This document shows positions 1 to 12,779 of a DNA stretch of 64,000 nt, piece after piece. How positions within the stretch are numbered: position 1 is the first letter of the stretch; every line of letters starts with the position of its first letter. A model generated the notes under the pieces. It saw only the letters and a list, made by a program, of their open reading frames with translations. It searched no databases and had not been told where the DNA came from. Origin of the DNA: Felis catus (lineage: Eukaryota); contig NC_058368.1 in assembly GCF_018350175.1 (NCBI RefSeq), positions 149,546,001 through 149,610,000 of the forward strand, in the 5' to 3' direction. Both the position numbers and the translations under genes were made by a program.

Positions 1-639
1 ATTCTCCACTCGAATACAATATTTTGGTTTTGTCTGCTTGATTTTTTATATGTTGACAACATTCTGTTGTTTCAACAGAGTTTTGTAGACTTAGTATGGT
101 GCTCCTTTCCAGTCTGTTCATCGAGGTATTCTCCCTTAGCAAAGTGGCCAGATAAGTCTGAATCCATTAGTGATCTGCCCCTTTGGATGATACTGATGAT
201 CATGGTTTCCAGACTAAGAACTTGGATGCTTCATTTAATAAATAAAGGTTCTGATACATGGCATAAAGCCCCCAATGTCTTTAGATGGAAGCCTCAAATG
301 CACTTGATCCACTCTTTCCATAAACCAGAAGTAGGATGTGCATGTTGAACTATAGTCCTTTTATTTTTATTTTTATTTTTTTTTGGAACATTGGGTTTAA
401 CATTGAGTTGTGCTTGGTAAAACCTCTCCCAAAAATTTGACTTTGAGTCCCTTCTAGGCCTCAATTTATCCCTGAATTGGGTACTTATTCATTCAACACA
501 TATTTAATAAACAACATTAGTCACTGAACTTTAATTATAAGTTGAAAAATGAATGGTAAACAAAATATTTTGATGTCTGTAGTTCTGTAGAGAAAATAGT
601 TAGTCAAATCATAAAATACCATTTTAGCCTTTCCCACCT

Positions 640-1470
640 CCTTTCTCTCCTTCTTGGCTTTCCTGTTTACTGTCCCTTGATTTTCACCCCAAAAGCTCAT
701 TCATGGTCTCTTTTTTTCTCTCTCTACCTCTTTTCTGGAGTTTTATCCTCAGCCCTATATCCTGCAATACTAAACCCTCTCCCCAAGGGAGTCAACACAC
801 CTCATGACTTCAACTTTTATCTGTGTGCTGAGGATTCCAAAAAGGTCTTTCTCTTTCTCAGATCTCTCCCCCACTACCTCACCTTGTAAGAACCCACTAA
901 GTCCCTAACCACATCTTGGAATCCATGTCCTTGTCACAAAAGCACTTTCACGGAATGAATACTCTGATATTATTCTAATTGTGTCCCTTCTCATTTCACT
1001 CCCCCTCGTCACTTATTCTGTAATAAAATTTTTAGAATGCAAAAATTATCATGCCATTTCATATCTAAAATCCCTGATGGTGTCCCAAAGAGGTAATCTA
1101 AGAACCTTACTATGACACACAGCTAGAAACATCTCCTTCCACTTCTCCACATGCTAAACTTCATTTTTAAAAATATGCCATCAGGTTTTCATAATGCTAC
1201 TTCATCCTTTAGGCTATTTTGCTCAAAATATTCTGCCTCCTTATACTCAGCATTTAAGATTTAATTCAAATAATACCACCTTCGTGAAACCCCCAAAGCT
1301 TCTAGGCAGAGTTAGTCACCTCTTTTTATACTGTTTTCCCAATGATATACTTACATTAAAGCATCTATCAGAATGCATTATGAGTTTACAATGTCATCTA
1401 TCTTGATAATCTCAGTATATAGCAAAAGAGATGGAAAAATAGTAGATGTCGAATAAGTATTTATTGAATA
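640..1470 (+). mobile_element. L2 LINE 3' fragment
   Basis: Pyrimidine-rich L2-like body (catgacttcaacttttatctgtgtgctgaggattccaa) ending in an L2 terminus-like agtagatgtcgaataagtatttattgaat. Confidence 0.65.
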
Positions 1471-1749
1471 TGGCTAAATAAGAGAATATCTCTGTAGTGT
1501 ATGTGTGTATTTAGGTGTTTTATGGTACAGGCTACTTTGGAAGAATGAAAATTTCCTTTCTCATCCTTTGGATGGAGAGAGGGGAACAGGAAAAAGAAGG
1601 GAAACTCCGAGTAAAATACTTTTGGCAGAAGTAAAGAGTAAAAGTTTTAAATAGAACCTGCCTACTTACTGATGATGTTTCAAATAGAATAGGGGGTTAT
1701 TAATCACAGATCTAGAATTGGCCTCTATTTGTTTTGATAGGTTTAGGAT

Positions 1750-2185
1750 TAGATTTGCTCACCAGAGAGGAACTCATGATAGCTGTGGTATAAATACTTT
1801 TGAAGTCTGCCCCTTTCTGTCATAAAAGCCCAGGCTAAGCGGCACATCACAGTGTCAAAGAACATGTCTCCTTTTGTCTTGTTGCTCTGTCACATGGAGC
1901 TTCAACTTCATGCTCCATAACAACACATGTATATTCCAAGAAGCAGAAGAAGGAGTGAAGGAAGCATAGAACAAAGATTATATGAGCATTATTTCCTAAA
2001 GAAGACTCCCAGATGTTATACAATACTTCTCCTTGACTCCTATAACCTAATTCTGCAGTCACAGGAAGACTAGGAAACGTGGTCTTTGTTTTGGTCTAAT
2101 GTTTCCAGCGAAATATTCTGTTGCTGTAGAAGGCGAGGGGCAGGGTGGGGGGGAATGGGTATGGACTGATCATGATTTGTCTGCC
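1750..2185 (-). mobile_element. MaLR (MLT1-type) solo LTR
   Basis: MLT1-like blocks (ctaattctgcagtcacaggaagactaggaaacgtggtcttt; aaatattctgttgctgtagaagg). Confidence 0.55.
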
Positions 2186-3597
2186 TGTTTGTATTTTATG
2201 TCTTATCCAGAATACTGTATAAGGTAATTGACACACTATGATCACTCAGCTAATGTTTGTTATTATTTTTATGACAATCCACTTTGACATCATTTGCCAG
2301 TTCTCTGATATCCAGGCAAAATAAATACTTCCCCCCAAATGACTCTCCAACTATATGTTGGGAGTATTGAACATTACGGCCTCTATCAGGCCATGAATAC
2401 TACCTGAACTGTACCCTGAGAGCACGTTACACAAGTGCAAAGGAATTGCTCCCTTTTCTCTGTAACCTTAACTGTAGTGATCTCAGTGTTAAATGTTATA
2501 AAGTAGTCCTGGAGTTTTATTAATGAATCCATCAGCTAAATTATAGTCATCATTAAAACTGCCAGTTAGTGTCAAAATGTTTTGACTATCAAATTTAGAA
2601 AGATTAATCATTCTTTTAAATATGCTCTGCTGGCAACCTGATTCTTTTTTCTGGTCTAAGATGTCATTTAGTACAGCTTCTGTTTCTTCTATTCTGCAGG
2701 CTGGTAATTAAATGAAGGACAAGTGGGTAGAACCATCCTTTTTTGGGAAATTTTTTAGATGAGTTAATGATCCATTCCTTAAGCATTAGAAACTGAAGGT
2801 GAGTCGCTAAACCTAATGACATTTATAATCAGTATTTGCAAAGAGCATCAGGTAATCAGAGCAGGAGAACAGAGGTAAAGGCAGTTCAAACTGGGACATC
2901 CATTTCAGAGGGTGAGTTCTGCCACCAAATCATCAGTGACATCTTGTTCAAAAGAAAGGGGAATTTTCAAAATGTTATAAAGTGATAAAAGTCAGAAGAT
3001 GTTTGATAAGTTGAAGAAGAAAGAAAATATTGACTGAGAGCAGGTTTTGTTATAAAATTGACAGGGACCTCAAGATATGTTTGACAATGATTGAATTGGG
3101 CTACCTAAAGTGACATATCTTACTGCCTTGCTTCTTTTTCTGATCAAAATTGAGACTTAGTAAATTGTATCATTTTCACTTACTTCTGCCCTCTCACTAG
3201 TGCCACAAAATCTGTGATGCTTGCTTTAATTTTTTGACGCATTACCAGGATTTATTTTTTTTAAGGTAAAGAATTGTATAAAGTGACTACTCAAGCACTT
3301 GCTAGAGTTACAGGAAATACTATTTATTTAAAGAGAAAAAAATCCTTTTTGGTTTTTTAGCAGCAGAGTATGTGCCTCCATTAGTGAACTGATTTACATA
3401 AAGCAAGGACAACTATATGCTTGCTTTTTCCCTTTCTGATGTCAAAATCTACCTCAGATCCTAACCCTCAAAGTGACAATGTGAGCTCTAATTGCCCCTT
3501 TGTGCCCACTTCCAATGAGAAGCGACGAGTTTAAAAGCAGTGATGTATTTTGTCATCCATATTTACCATTAAAAAAAAAAAAACTTTAGTGAGGTTA

Positions 3598-3814
3598 GGA
3601 GCGCCTGGGTGACTCAGTCAGTTAAGCATCTGACTTAAGCTCAGGTCATGATCTTCTGGTCTGTGGGTCTGAACCCCGTGTAGGGCTCTGTGCTGACAAC
3701 TCAGAGCCTGGAGCCTGCTTCACATTCTGTGTCTCCCTCTCTCTCTGTCCCTCCCCTGCTCATGCTCTGTCTCTCTCTCTCTCAAAAATAAATAAACATT
3801 AAAAAAATAAAAAC
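3598..3814 (+). mobile_element. CAN-SINE (SINEC_Fc-like)
   Basis: tRNA-derived head gcgcctgggtgactcagtcagttaagc, (CT)n, AATAAA/A tail. TSD aaaactttagtgag at ~3580 and ~3816. Confidence 0.95.
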
Positions 3815-3919
3815 AAAAACTTTAGTGAGTTAATCAACTTATACAAAAATATACTTAGAGCTCAAAGTCTGAACTCATTACTATAGTTCACCTGCATGCT
3901 TTTAGAAATCAAAAGGTTA

Positions 3920-4145
3920 GGGGTGCCTGAGTGGCACAGTTTATTAAGCGTCCGACTCTTGAGTTCGGCTCAGGTCATGATCTCATGGTTGATGAGTTCA
4001 AGTCCCACGTCGGGCTCTGCTCTGACCCTGCAGAGCCTGTTTGAGATTCTCTCTCTCCTTCTCTCTCTGTCCCTCTTGGGCTCATGCTCTGTCTCTTTCA
4101 AAATAAATAAATAAACTTAAAAAATAATAATAATAAAAGGAAAAC
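3920..4145 (+). mobile_element. CAN-SINE
   Basis: Head ggggtgcctgagtggcacagtt, CT tract, A tail. TSD aaatca(a/g)aaggtta at 3906-3919 and 4146-4159. Confidence 0.95.
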
Positions 4146-4609
4146 AAATCAGAAGGTTAAAGACAAATGATTTTAAGCTTTAGAGCTATTGACATTGGAT
4201 AGAAAAGCAAAATCAGAATTCTGATCAAGAACTTAGCAGTGTTTCCCATAGATGAGGTCTATGCCGGCTGTCATTTCTGACACACTCTAAGTTTTCCCTG
4301 GAGGGTCGAGAGTGTTCTTTACATCAGCAATCACAACAAAGGTTGCTGTGTTTCCCTCTTCCCAGCCTTGTTCTTTCTCATCCTTTGGTGCTTGCTCTGT
4401 ACTGTCTGTATGCAGAACACGCAGGAGGCGTGAAGGTATTAAGGTATTAATGTCTTGTAACATTCATCTACTTTCCCTTCCTTCTGCTTCCAATCTAAGT
4501 TGCAGCAACAAGGAAAGAAAAAAAAATCACCTTTACCTAAAGCTTTCTATGAACTGGTACTGGCATCAACACTTAACGTGTGTGGTTTTATTTAATTTTT
4601 TTTTCCACA

Positions 4610-4745
4610 CTGGTGCTATTGTCCCTGTCTTCCATGTGAGGAATGTAGATTTATAGAGGTTAAGTAATTTTCTCAAGGTCATTGAGTGGGAAAATGGGGA
4701 AGTTGTGCCGCCCAATGCTTTCCACTCAGTACATCATACTATACT
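4610..4745 (-). mobile_element. MIR fragment
   Basis: Reverse of the MIR core: atgtgaggaatgtagatttatagaggttaagtaattttctcaaggtca. Confidence 0.6.
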
Positions 4746-7007
4746 CATCTCACCTGGACCTAAGAGTTATTTCAGGTTTCAACTGGAGAAATAAGGGGCT
4801 AGGGATGATACCAAGATTGTGTGAAGCATTATTGACTCACCTACTTGTCACTACTCTGATATACAAGCAGAAAAAATTTTCTGCAATGGAAAGTTAGGAA
4901 GTTTAATATTTATTATAAGTATTCAGATCTATATTTGGCATTGAGACATTTATATGGGTAGTAATTCTGATATAACATGCAACTAATCTATATTATAAAT
5001 CACCTGAAGTTTTTGTAGGGCAATTATAAACTTTATATTCCATTTTCAATATACTTGGTGTGTATTTTAAAAGGCATTTGCAGAATATTTCTCTTCTTTG
5101 AAACATCCTGGTCAATATTCAAGCTAATTTTATAATCCTCATAAATATATTAAAACCTTTCATATTAGCCCTTATTCTGTTGAGTACTTCATTGCGATTC
5201 TGACTTAAGCATTTCTTTGACTGGAAATGGTCATATACTACAGTTAACAGTGCATAACAATACCTCAAGTCGATGCTTTATGCAATTACTCAGCATTTAG
5301 AAAGAGCTATGCTAACCTACTTTTACCACTATTTCACAGCAATAAAAGCCTGATAGCCATGGGATAACCTAACATGCTTTTGTACTCATTCATTCACAAA
5401 AAATTCTTCTATTTGAGAGTCATTCATTCAATAGTTTTTGTATTCAATAACCATTTTGACAGTAATGAACACCCATTCTGAGTAAGAATATGCCCATCTT
5501 GCAACACAATAGTTTAAGGTTTGTTATTTATATTTATCTTCTATATCTAGAGATTTCTTCTTTTATTTTCAATTTATTATTTTTCTTTGTTAACTTGAAC
5601 CCATGGTAGAACAAGTGGCTTTGTTCTTCTTGTATACTCTATTTCATTGGGTGGGTGGGGCGGTTAGGGAAAGACTTTATAAAAGGTTTTAATGATGAGT
5701 AGGAGCTGGTCAAGAAAAAAAAAAACAAATTCGGAATATACTACTGAAAATCCAGACAAGTGAGCTGAATCTCTCTGACACAAAGTAATAGGTAAGACAC
5801 AGCAAAGGTTTAGCTAATAGCTTTTCTATATGTTGGAGAGGATGTGTAGGTGCAGGTACTGTAGCTGAGTACATCAAGTCAGAGCCTATAAGGCCTTCAC
5901 TATTCCTCAGCCACATGGTATTACTAAAGACCAAAACATAAGACAACCCTGGACCTAGAATGTAAGCTTTACGAGAGAGACTAGAACAATTCCTGACATA
6001 TAGCAGGTTCTCTATAAAAAAAAAATGATGCATAAATGCCCTGATGATTTGGCTTAAGAGTTGTAAAGTACACAGAAGGCATCCTATTTTGTTGTTAGGG
6101 AGCATCTATATTCTTTCCTACCTGTCCTCTTATTTCATGTTCAAAGAGGAAGGGAACTGAAATTGATGGGTGAAGGCTTAGAGACACTTATAGAGCCATT
6201 AAGGTCTAGAGCTGCCCTTCTTGGATTCCTCTTTTCTTGAAGATGCCTTTATTGCTCTTTCTTCTTTCATGAGACTGATGTGGCAATAAATCCCAGGAAG
6301 GGTGGCTCTACCTGGACATGTGGTCTGAGAAGAGCCTAGGCACCAGGAAAAAACCTCATTATCATTCTGTCCTTGTTCTAGTTGTCTTTGCATTGTGTCC
6401 TAAACCTCACAGTATTTCAGTAGGGGAGAAGGCTAGAGGCAGGGTACTAAAACCCCCTAGTGTAGCCTCATGGTGCAGTCCTTGCTCTCTAGGACACGAA
6501 ATTTGGAACTAAAATCTATCTTTGCCTTATCTTGCTCTCTCCATGGATCTTATGGAAGTGACTTCTATTTGAGACTCTAGATTCAAACCAAACACCACTT
6601 CATGACCTTCATGATAGATGTGGTGAGAACAAGTCAATATGAAACAAGACTATAAGGAGGTAGTCTATGGACCAGACTGAGTCAGGAAGGGCATTTCCAA
6701 TAAGTAGAATGAGGGACAAGCATTACCAGACAGGAAATTAAGATCTAAAGATCCAGAGGAAACTGGCTAACTGCATCAAACCTAAGAAGGAAGGAGAAAA
6801 AACAAAGAGGAACTTAATAATGAGGTTGGTGGATAGGGAATTCATAGAAGGTGCAAAGTAAGTCTTAGAGCCCTCAGCAAGCAAGGATCCACTGCATTGA
6901 TTCATGACTAAATAGGACTGGCTTACAAAAGCTTAAAGATTTTCAAATGTACATTCCTAGTTCCCTCCTCATTCTTTAGAAGTGAATTTGTAAACCAGCC
7001 ACCCCCA

Positions 7008-7010
7008 CTA

Positions 7011-7059
<49 letters not shown>

Positions 7060-7072
7060 ACAACACACACAT
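7008..7072. repeat. (CA)n microsatellite
   Basis: Imperfect CA run read directly. Confidence 0.95.
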
Positions 7073-7332
7073 GCATAGAATACAGAATTTGTAAGTACTC
7101 TGCTAATAAGTAAGTTACTAAAACTGTGTGGGAAAACAAACTTTTTAGATTCTGGGCTATGATCTAACATAATATTGTTCTTTCTGCTTATGTATTTATA
7201 TTTCATGTATATTAATGCTTTAATATCAAGTTCTAATAAATATGTACTCTTTTCATTCCTGTGTTTTATTTAGATTTCCTCACCGTGAAGTTTAGAGTTC
7301 GGAAATAGCAAATTACTTATAATCACTCTCCT

Positions 7333-7336
<4 letters not shown>

Positions 7337-7377
<41 letters not shown>
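7337..7377. repeat. (CA)n microsatellite
   Basis: Pure CA run read directly. Confidence 0.95.
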
Positions 7378-7380
<3 letters not shown>

Positions 7381-8605
7381 TACAGCTATAAATTCTGAAA
7401 GGTCAAAGATTCTGTTACTTGTTCATTTGTATATTTAAAATGCCCAGCATAATATTCAGTACATCTTAAATAAAATAAACATATTGTATAACAGGTAAGT
7501 AGCTGTGTGAGTAGAGATGGCCAGCCAAAAAAAGTCATGTAGCTATTACTTCCTGTTGAGTAGTTTATAGAAAAGTACAGGCCACTGAGGCATACCAATT
7601 TCCATTCCTCTTCGCTGCGAAGTAGCAGCAAATAGCCTCAGAAATAGGTATGAGACAGCTTTCCCTGGATATTTTACAGAAGGAAAGTAAAGCTACTTGA
7701 GGCTTATCTCCATTTTCTTAGTCTTTTTTGGTAAATAAATCTCATTGCAACCTTTCCTTCGTATATCCAAATCATCACCACTTCTTTGTGCTTTCCTCCT
7801 GGGCAGTTTTCCATCTCATTTATATTGTTTTCTCTCTATTAATTTTTCTATTAGTTTCCTTAATTTATAATTTTCAGCACTTGGGCCCACACTGACTCCA
7901 ACCAGAGCTGATTAAAATAGGATTTCTCTTCATGTTTCACTCTTTTTTTTTTTTTTTTGCACATCTCTCATTTGCTCCTTAAATAATGTACATTACTTAT
8001 TACTGCATTTCCAGTTCCTGGGTCTCCTCTACATACATTTGCCTACACACTTTCACTTGCATATTTAGAAATTGTTGTGTTCTTCTAACAGAATTAGTCC
8101 ACATCCTATATTTTCAACTATTAATATGCATTCTATTTCAACTTGCCTTTGTATTCTGAATTCTGATATTATTGCTCATATTGTTATTGTCATTCCAACC
8201 ACTCAAACTGGTGGCAAAAGTACATCTAATGATCACAGTTTTCATTTAACTACTGAAAGCACTCATATCATTATCAGATGACTTTCACATAACCAGATTA
8301 TGCGTATTTCTTTTCAAATGTTTTACTTACATCCTACCTGACGTCCAGCTACTAATAATAGTCAACATATTATTCCTAGTCAGATCCAATCATGATGAAT
8401 TCCAAAGGAGTGCTCACACTTCCTTATTGTATTAGAAATCTGTTATACTGGGTTCCACATCACTCATATGAAGGAGTCAAAAGTCCTACTTCCTCACCTT
8501 AACCAGCCATATATCATAGTTGTCTATCCATTAGAGGTAAATGTGCTAAACCACAACTAGTCTCCTTTCTCAGTTTAAGAATTCAGTTGATAGTTAGATT
8601 TGGGT

Positions 8606-8884
8606 TATGGTTGTCAGATTTAGTAAACAAAAATACAGAATTCCAAGTTAAATTTGAATTTCAGATAAAGAGCTAATGTTTTTACTGTAACCCATATGGT
8701 ATTTAGTGTATGTATACATACATACACTAAAAAAGTCTTTATCTGCAATCAAATTTAAGTAGTGTTAAATGGTTTTTAGTTTATGTCCTAAATATTGCAT
8801 AGGTACACTTATACTAAAAATTATTTATTGTTATTCTGAAACTGAAATTTAACGAGGTGTCCTGTATTTTATCTGGCAACTCTA
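8606..8884. mobile_element. MER53-like palindromic hAT MITE with internal duplication
   Basis: TIRs tatggttgtcagat ... atctggcaactcta, arms aagttaaatttgaatttcagataa / ttattctgaaactgaaatttaac. 8-bp TSD atttgggt (8598-8605) / acttgggt (8885-8892). Confidence 0.85.
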
Positions 8885-8899
8885 ACTTGGGTGCATTCT

Positions 8900-10100
8900 C
8901 AGATCTGAGTTAGACATGAAGTAACTTATACTGTCTGGAAAGCATGATGACAATCACAAAAGAAGCATTGAGAAAGAAACAAAACCTTGAATTTTTAACT
9001 ATAGTTGACATACAATATTATATTAGTTTCAGGTATACAACACAGTGATTCAACATTTATGTACATCACAAAGTGATCACCATGATAAATCTAGCTATCA
9101 TCTGTCACCATACAAAGTTGTGACATATTATTGACTATATTCTCTATGCCATACAAAACCCTAAATTTTTTGAGAGCTTAAAAATAAGGACGGACATTCA
9201 CCGATTTGGGATGCTAGATGCAATCTTGCTTCAAAAAAAAAAAAAAAAAAAAAGAAAGAAAGAAAGAAAGAAACTACAGGGTTTCCAAAACTTGTTTTGG
9301 CCTATTTATATGTGCTTGTGTTTATGCGTATCTATACATCCATCTTAAAATCACAGCTTAGTTCCCTGAACAAATTGTTATAATTATAGATCAGTTTAGC
9401 ATATGTTAAGCATATAGCATTATTGTTTTCTATAAAGGAAATACTTTAGGTTGTGTACAGAGGTACTGAAGGCAAAAGAATATTGTGTACTATCTTTGCA
9501 GAGTCAAGCTGTTTGATGTTGCATGACGCACCATGACGTTTTTGGGTCAAGCAGAAAAATCTGTATTTGTTCCCTGACAGAACATCCGCAGTTCCAGGAG
9601 AAACTCATCATTTAGAACTTCACCTTGACTTCCAAAAAACAGAGGTAGATGCAGTTTAGCCAAAAACTGGGAGAATTGGAGCGGTTCTATTCTTCAAACT
9701 CTTCTGATACATTGGAATAAACTTTGAGCACTGATTTACACGAGAAATTTGAGAGCCAATTACCAATTATTGGTCACACTATCTTCTCTGTGATTAGATT
9801 CAGGTAACATATTCCAACATATGCTTATTACAGGAAGGCAGATACAATTAGATGAGTTATACATAAGATGGAGTTATTTAACTTATTTCTAGGAAACTGA
9901 AAGGGTGAATGATAAGTCAGGGATACTCACCTTTTCAAAGAAACAGATATAGTTACTGGACATGTTTATCAGGATTGGCTCTGGATGAGCGATGCCACAG
10001 ATCTTACTGATACAGCAAATGATGCCATGAATGTTGATTCATAAAATAATACCATGCTTAAGGAGGTCACAATAGGATAACTGGTAAACGTGTCCTCTTC
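8900..10100 (+). mobile_element. Ancient RTE-clade LINE relic (copy C), RT to C-terminus
   Basis: Ordered motifs: EALRKKQ..F; GRTFTD; FQ..PIYMCL; FPEQIVIII; YKGNT...RVK; LELHLDFQKTEV; F*YIGI..TREI; KKQI*.TGHV..RI...MPQILL. Confidence 0.7.
8996..9152 (-). mobile_element. L1 3' UTR end (carnivore/L1MA-type), 5'-truncated
   Basis: atagttgacatacaatattatattagtttcaggtatacaacacagtgattcaaca is an L1 3' terminus. TSD-like acaaaacc(t/c)t(g/a)aatttt at 8979-8995 and 9153-9169. Confidence 0.85.
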
Positions 10101-10319
10101 ATTGGTGGAGTCACTACCAAGAAGCTTGTCTTAGTTCAGATACTGATAGAAATAAGAGTTTATGGGGCCAGATTAGCACAGTCCATAATAAACTATACCT
10201 ATAAAACTTCCAAATTTTCTGTCTAAAGGGAAAAAGAAAACTGTTTTTATATATAACTGGCTAGTCATGACTTCTGTGCTCTCAAAATATACTGTTCCAT
10301 TTATACACTTAAAAGTGAC

Positions 10320-11280
10320 CAAATAATGTCCAAACTTGTCCAAACTATGAAACTTTTACAAATGACAAATGCTAAACCAGAGAGACTCACTGGACAATAG
10401 GCATAAATTAGAGCTATTCTGTGCAAGCCTTAGGGTATATACACTCAGATCTGTGTATATAATAAAAAATAATTCCAAAAAGTGATTTTAAATCTTTACA
10501 ATGAATAAAACTGCAAGGCAATCTTCATCAAAGTCACAAAGTCATACAACACAGAATGAGGATTTGGATGAACACAGTCTGCATATGGAGCTCATACTCT
10601 AAATAACATATGCTAATTTAGAATGAACTAAACTAAACAACTGAATATTCCATGTATGAACATAGTCAATTGTATAGTATAACAAACTACTAAGTATTCA
10701 GGTTAAGTACAGACTCCTTTCTAAAGATAATGACTATATTATTGTTACATTACAAATGTGACCCTTTGAACAAGGTACTCAAATTGTAATCTGCTCAGTG
10801 CCTTACCAGATTCACCTGGGTATTTATTATAAGTGACATTCTGGAGCCCCACCCATACTGTATGAAGAATTCTGCTTGATTCCTATGAATGTAGTGTTTG
10901 AGAGTATTTTTCCTAGAAAACATAAGCAAGAGTAAATTGGTGACATTGGATTTATGTTGTTTGGTTTTGTGTTCGTGACCTGTTAAGTACTCAAAAACAA
11001 CCATGCTAATTTAATCTCAATTAATTAAAAGTTTTCCTCTTTAACCACCAGCCCACTAGATAAGGTTTTCTTATAAAAGTATTTTAAAATTTAAAATGAA
11101 CAATGTATAATTTGATACAGAAATTACTTAAGTTAAATCATTGTTATGATGATAAACACTAGTGATAACACAGAAGAAATTGTTCCAATTATATCGTCTG
11201 CACTAAAAAAGCTAAATATATAGATAATTTTCTTAGCTGCCTCTAAAAAAGCCAAAATGTTTGAGCTCTGTTAGCACTCA
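10320..11280 (+). mobile_element. Ancient RTE-clade LINE relic (copy E), endonuclease region
   Basis: NVQT (cf. WNVRTL), NAKPERLT (cf. RPERRT), DEHSLHMELIL..YANL, SKDNDYIIV, MINT..KYIDNFL, in order. Confidence 0.55.
10775..10920. mobile_element. MER5-like hAT-Charlie MITE fragment
   Basis: gtactcaaattgtaatctgc...agattcacctgggtatttattataagtgacattctggagccccaccca. Confidence 0.5.
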
Positions 11281-11300
11281 TCATTTTTCATGAGATTTTT

Positions 11301-11504
11301 TTTTAATGTTTATTTATTTTTGAGAGAGAGGGACAGACTACTAATGGTGGGAGAGGGCAGAGAGAGGGAGACACAGAATCTGATGCAGGCTCCACGTTCT
11401 GAGCCATCAGAACAGAGCCCGATGTGGGGCTCAAACCCATGATGGTGAGATCACGACCTGAGCCAAAGTCGGACACTTAACTGACTGAGCCACCCAAATG
11501 CCCC
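11301..11504 (-). mobile_element. CAN-SINE
   Basis: Reverse SINE ending cactt..gactgagccacccaaatgcccc. TSD ttcatgagattttt at 11287-11300 and 11505-11518. Confidence 0.95.
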
Positions 11505-12779
11505 TTCATGAGATTTTTAAACAAAAAATTATTAAATGCATTATTCTTTTTGATTAGTTTGAGACTATCACAATTAGTATACTAAAACATAATACCTTTA
11601 TTTTGTTGAAACAATATTTGCTTGTCAATTTCCAGGCAGTATTCTAAGCACTAATGACAAGTCAACAAGATAAGTGTACACTAAAAATTACTGCCCTCTT
11701 AGAGTTTACTGTTCACTGAGTCTTAAGCTTCTTTGGCCTTAAAATGCACGACCACTTATTAATAAACTTTCAGGTTATGTGAAGAAATAGTATACCGGTA
11801 AATGAAAATGGCTGCTGTCCATTTCCAGGGAAGGTGTAAGAGAAATTAGAGTAGAAAGTGTATAAACTGAACCACTAAAATAAGTTTCCGTAGGGTAAAG
11901 ACCACAGGTGAACCTTCCTGTGAGAGGCAGGGGTCAAGCTGACTTAGACATCCTCAGATCTGAAGGTCTACAGAGACGTAAATTACCTCCTTAATTTAAG
12001 GAAGCACCTAAATTGATGATGGCTAAATCCTTTATGCTATTGTGATAGACAGTCCTAGCCTCCTTGCTGTGAAACAGATCTCCAAAGAGATTGGGGTAAG
12101 CAAGCCCAACAGCAAGAGTTACAAAGGAGGAAAGAAAGCAGTAAGTTTACCTTCCGGAATAAAAGCTCAATAAAGAAAGCCAGCGGGGCACCCGGGTACT
12201 TCAGCAATAATATTCCAGAATGCACTAAATTAATTCTGGAAGATCCTCTTAAATTTTGTAAATTCCCTGTGTATTATTTCCTTTCAGTGCTGTTTTCCAG
12301 TTATGACCATACAGTAATAAAATTCATCTAATGAAAGTGCCTGTTTGCTTTTCCTTATAGGAAACTAGGAAAGCCCAAGAAAACCAAATGGTGGTAAGGC
12401 AGCTTTAGAGGAGAGAGGAAAACAGGTTTATCCTGCAAGCCCTGGTCATGCTGCAAAATAGTAAAGGGTACTAGGATTTGACTGAGTTTGAGGATATGTG
12501 CCTGAGGTCTGACAGAAGAGAGATCCATTTGGTATACACACAACTCACATTTCGCATTGGAAAGGATATAATATTTCAGTTATTCATGGAGGCAAAGGAC
12601 TGGACAATTGCATTGTAATGCATTTCTCTGTCTTTATTACCTAATACATGGTAAGTCCTTCAAGGGCAAAGATGAATTCATTTTTGTCTTCCCATGGCCC
12701 AGCATGCTAGTTGACACATATTAATTACTCATAAAAGTTGATGTAAAATGTCCTATGTAATTAATGATTTGAAATCATC

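Larger units (their letters stand above)
20..4450 (-). mobile_element. Ancient RTE-clade LINE relic (copy B), near full ORF, fragmented by L2, MLT1 and two SINEs
   Basis: Minus-strand motifs occur in the expected order. EN N-term PKDEKEQG..TATFVVIADVKNTL..SVSEMTAGIDL at ~4400-4240. EN C-term GKYG*.N..LLL...LLIGS.HK at ~3570-3450. RT N-term CRIEETEAVL / LPAEHI*K / RKGSNS at ~2710-2430. C-term ERVDQVHLR, VLSLETMII, GAPY*VYKTLLK at ~330-60. Manual alignment across stops and frameshifts. Confidence 0.6.
5050..8500 (-). mobile_element. Ancient RTE-clade LINE relic (copy A), EN C-term to thumb
   Basis: Ordered motifs: EN ISNT..K.EH..WNSS..TRN.VDY / HNLVM (~8440-8285); RT LPKKTKK..SVKYPGKAVSYLFLR (~7735-7630); decayed YADD region DLMYSATVPAPTHPLQHIEKLLAK in ORF 5710..6105; QVNKEK..ININNKP*TIV..GHILTQNG (~5605-5470); thumb AFIAVK*W..VSI, RLEV, NEVLNRI..KLA*ILTRM (~5360-5100). 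Confidence 0.7.

Noticed and set aside
2870..3090. CR1/L3 fragment
   Set aside because: Only patchy nucleotide resemblance, not supportable by eye.
7530..10100. A single 5'-inverted RTE element
   Set aside because: The minus-strand copy continues through RT and thumb motifs to ~5050, duplicating domains present in the plus-strand copy. Two copies fit better than one inversion.
11780..12350. Possible old LTR (similar blocks at 6150-6900 and 24260-24900)
   Set aside because: Composition and AATAAA are suggestive, but I could not establish termini, TSD or family.
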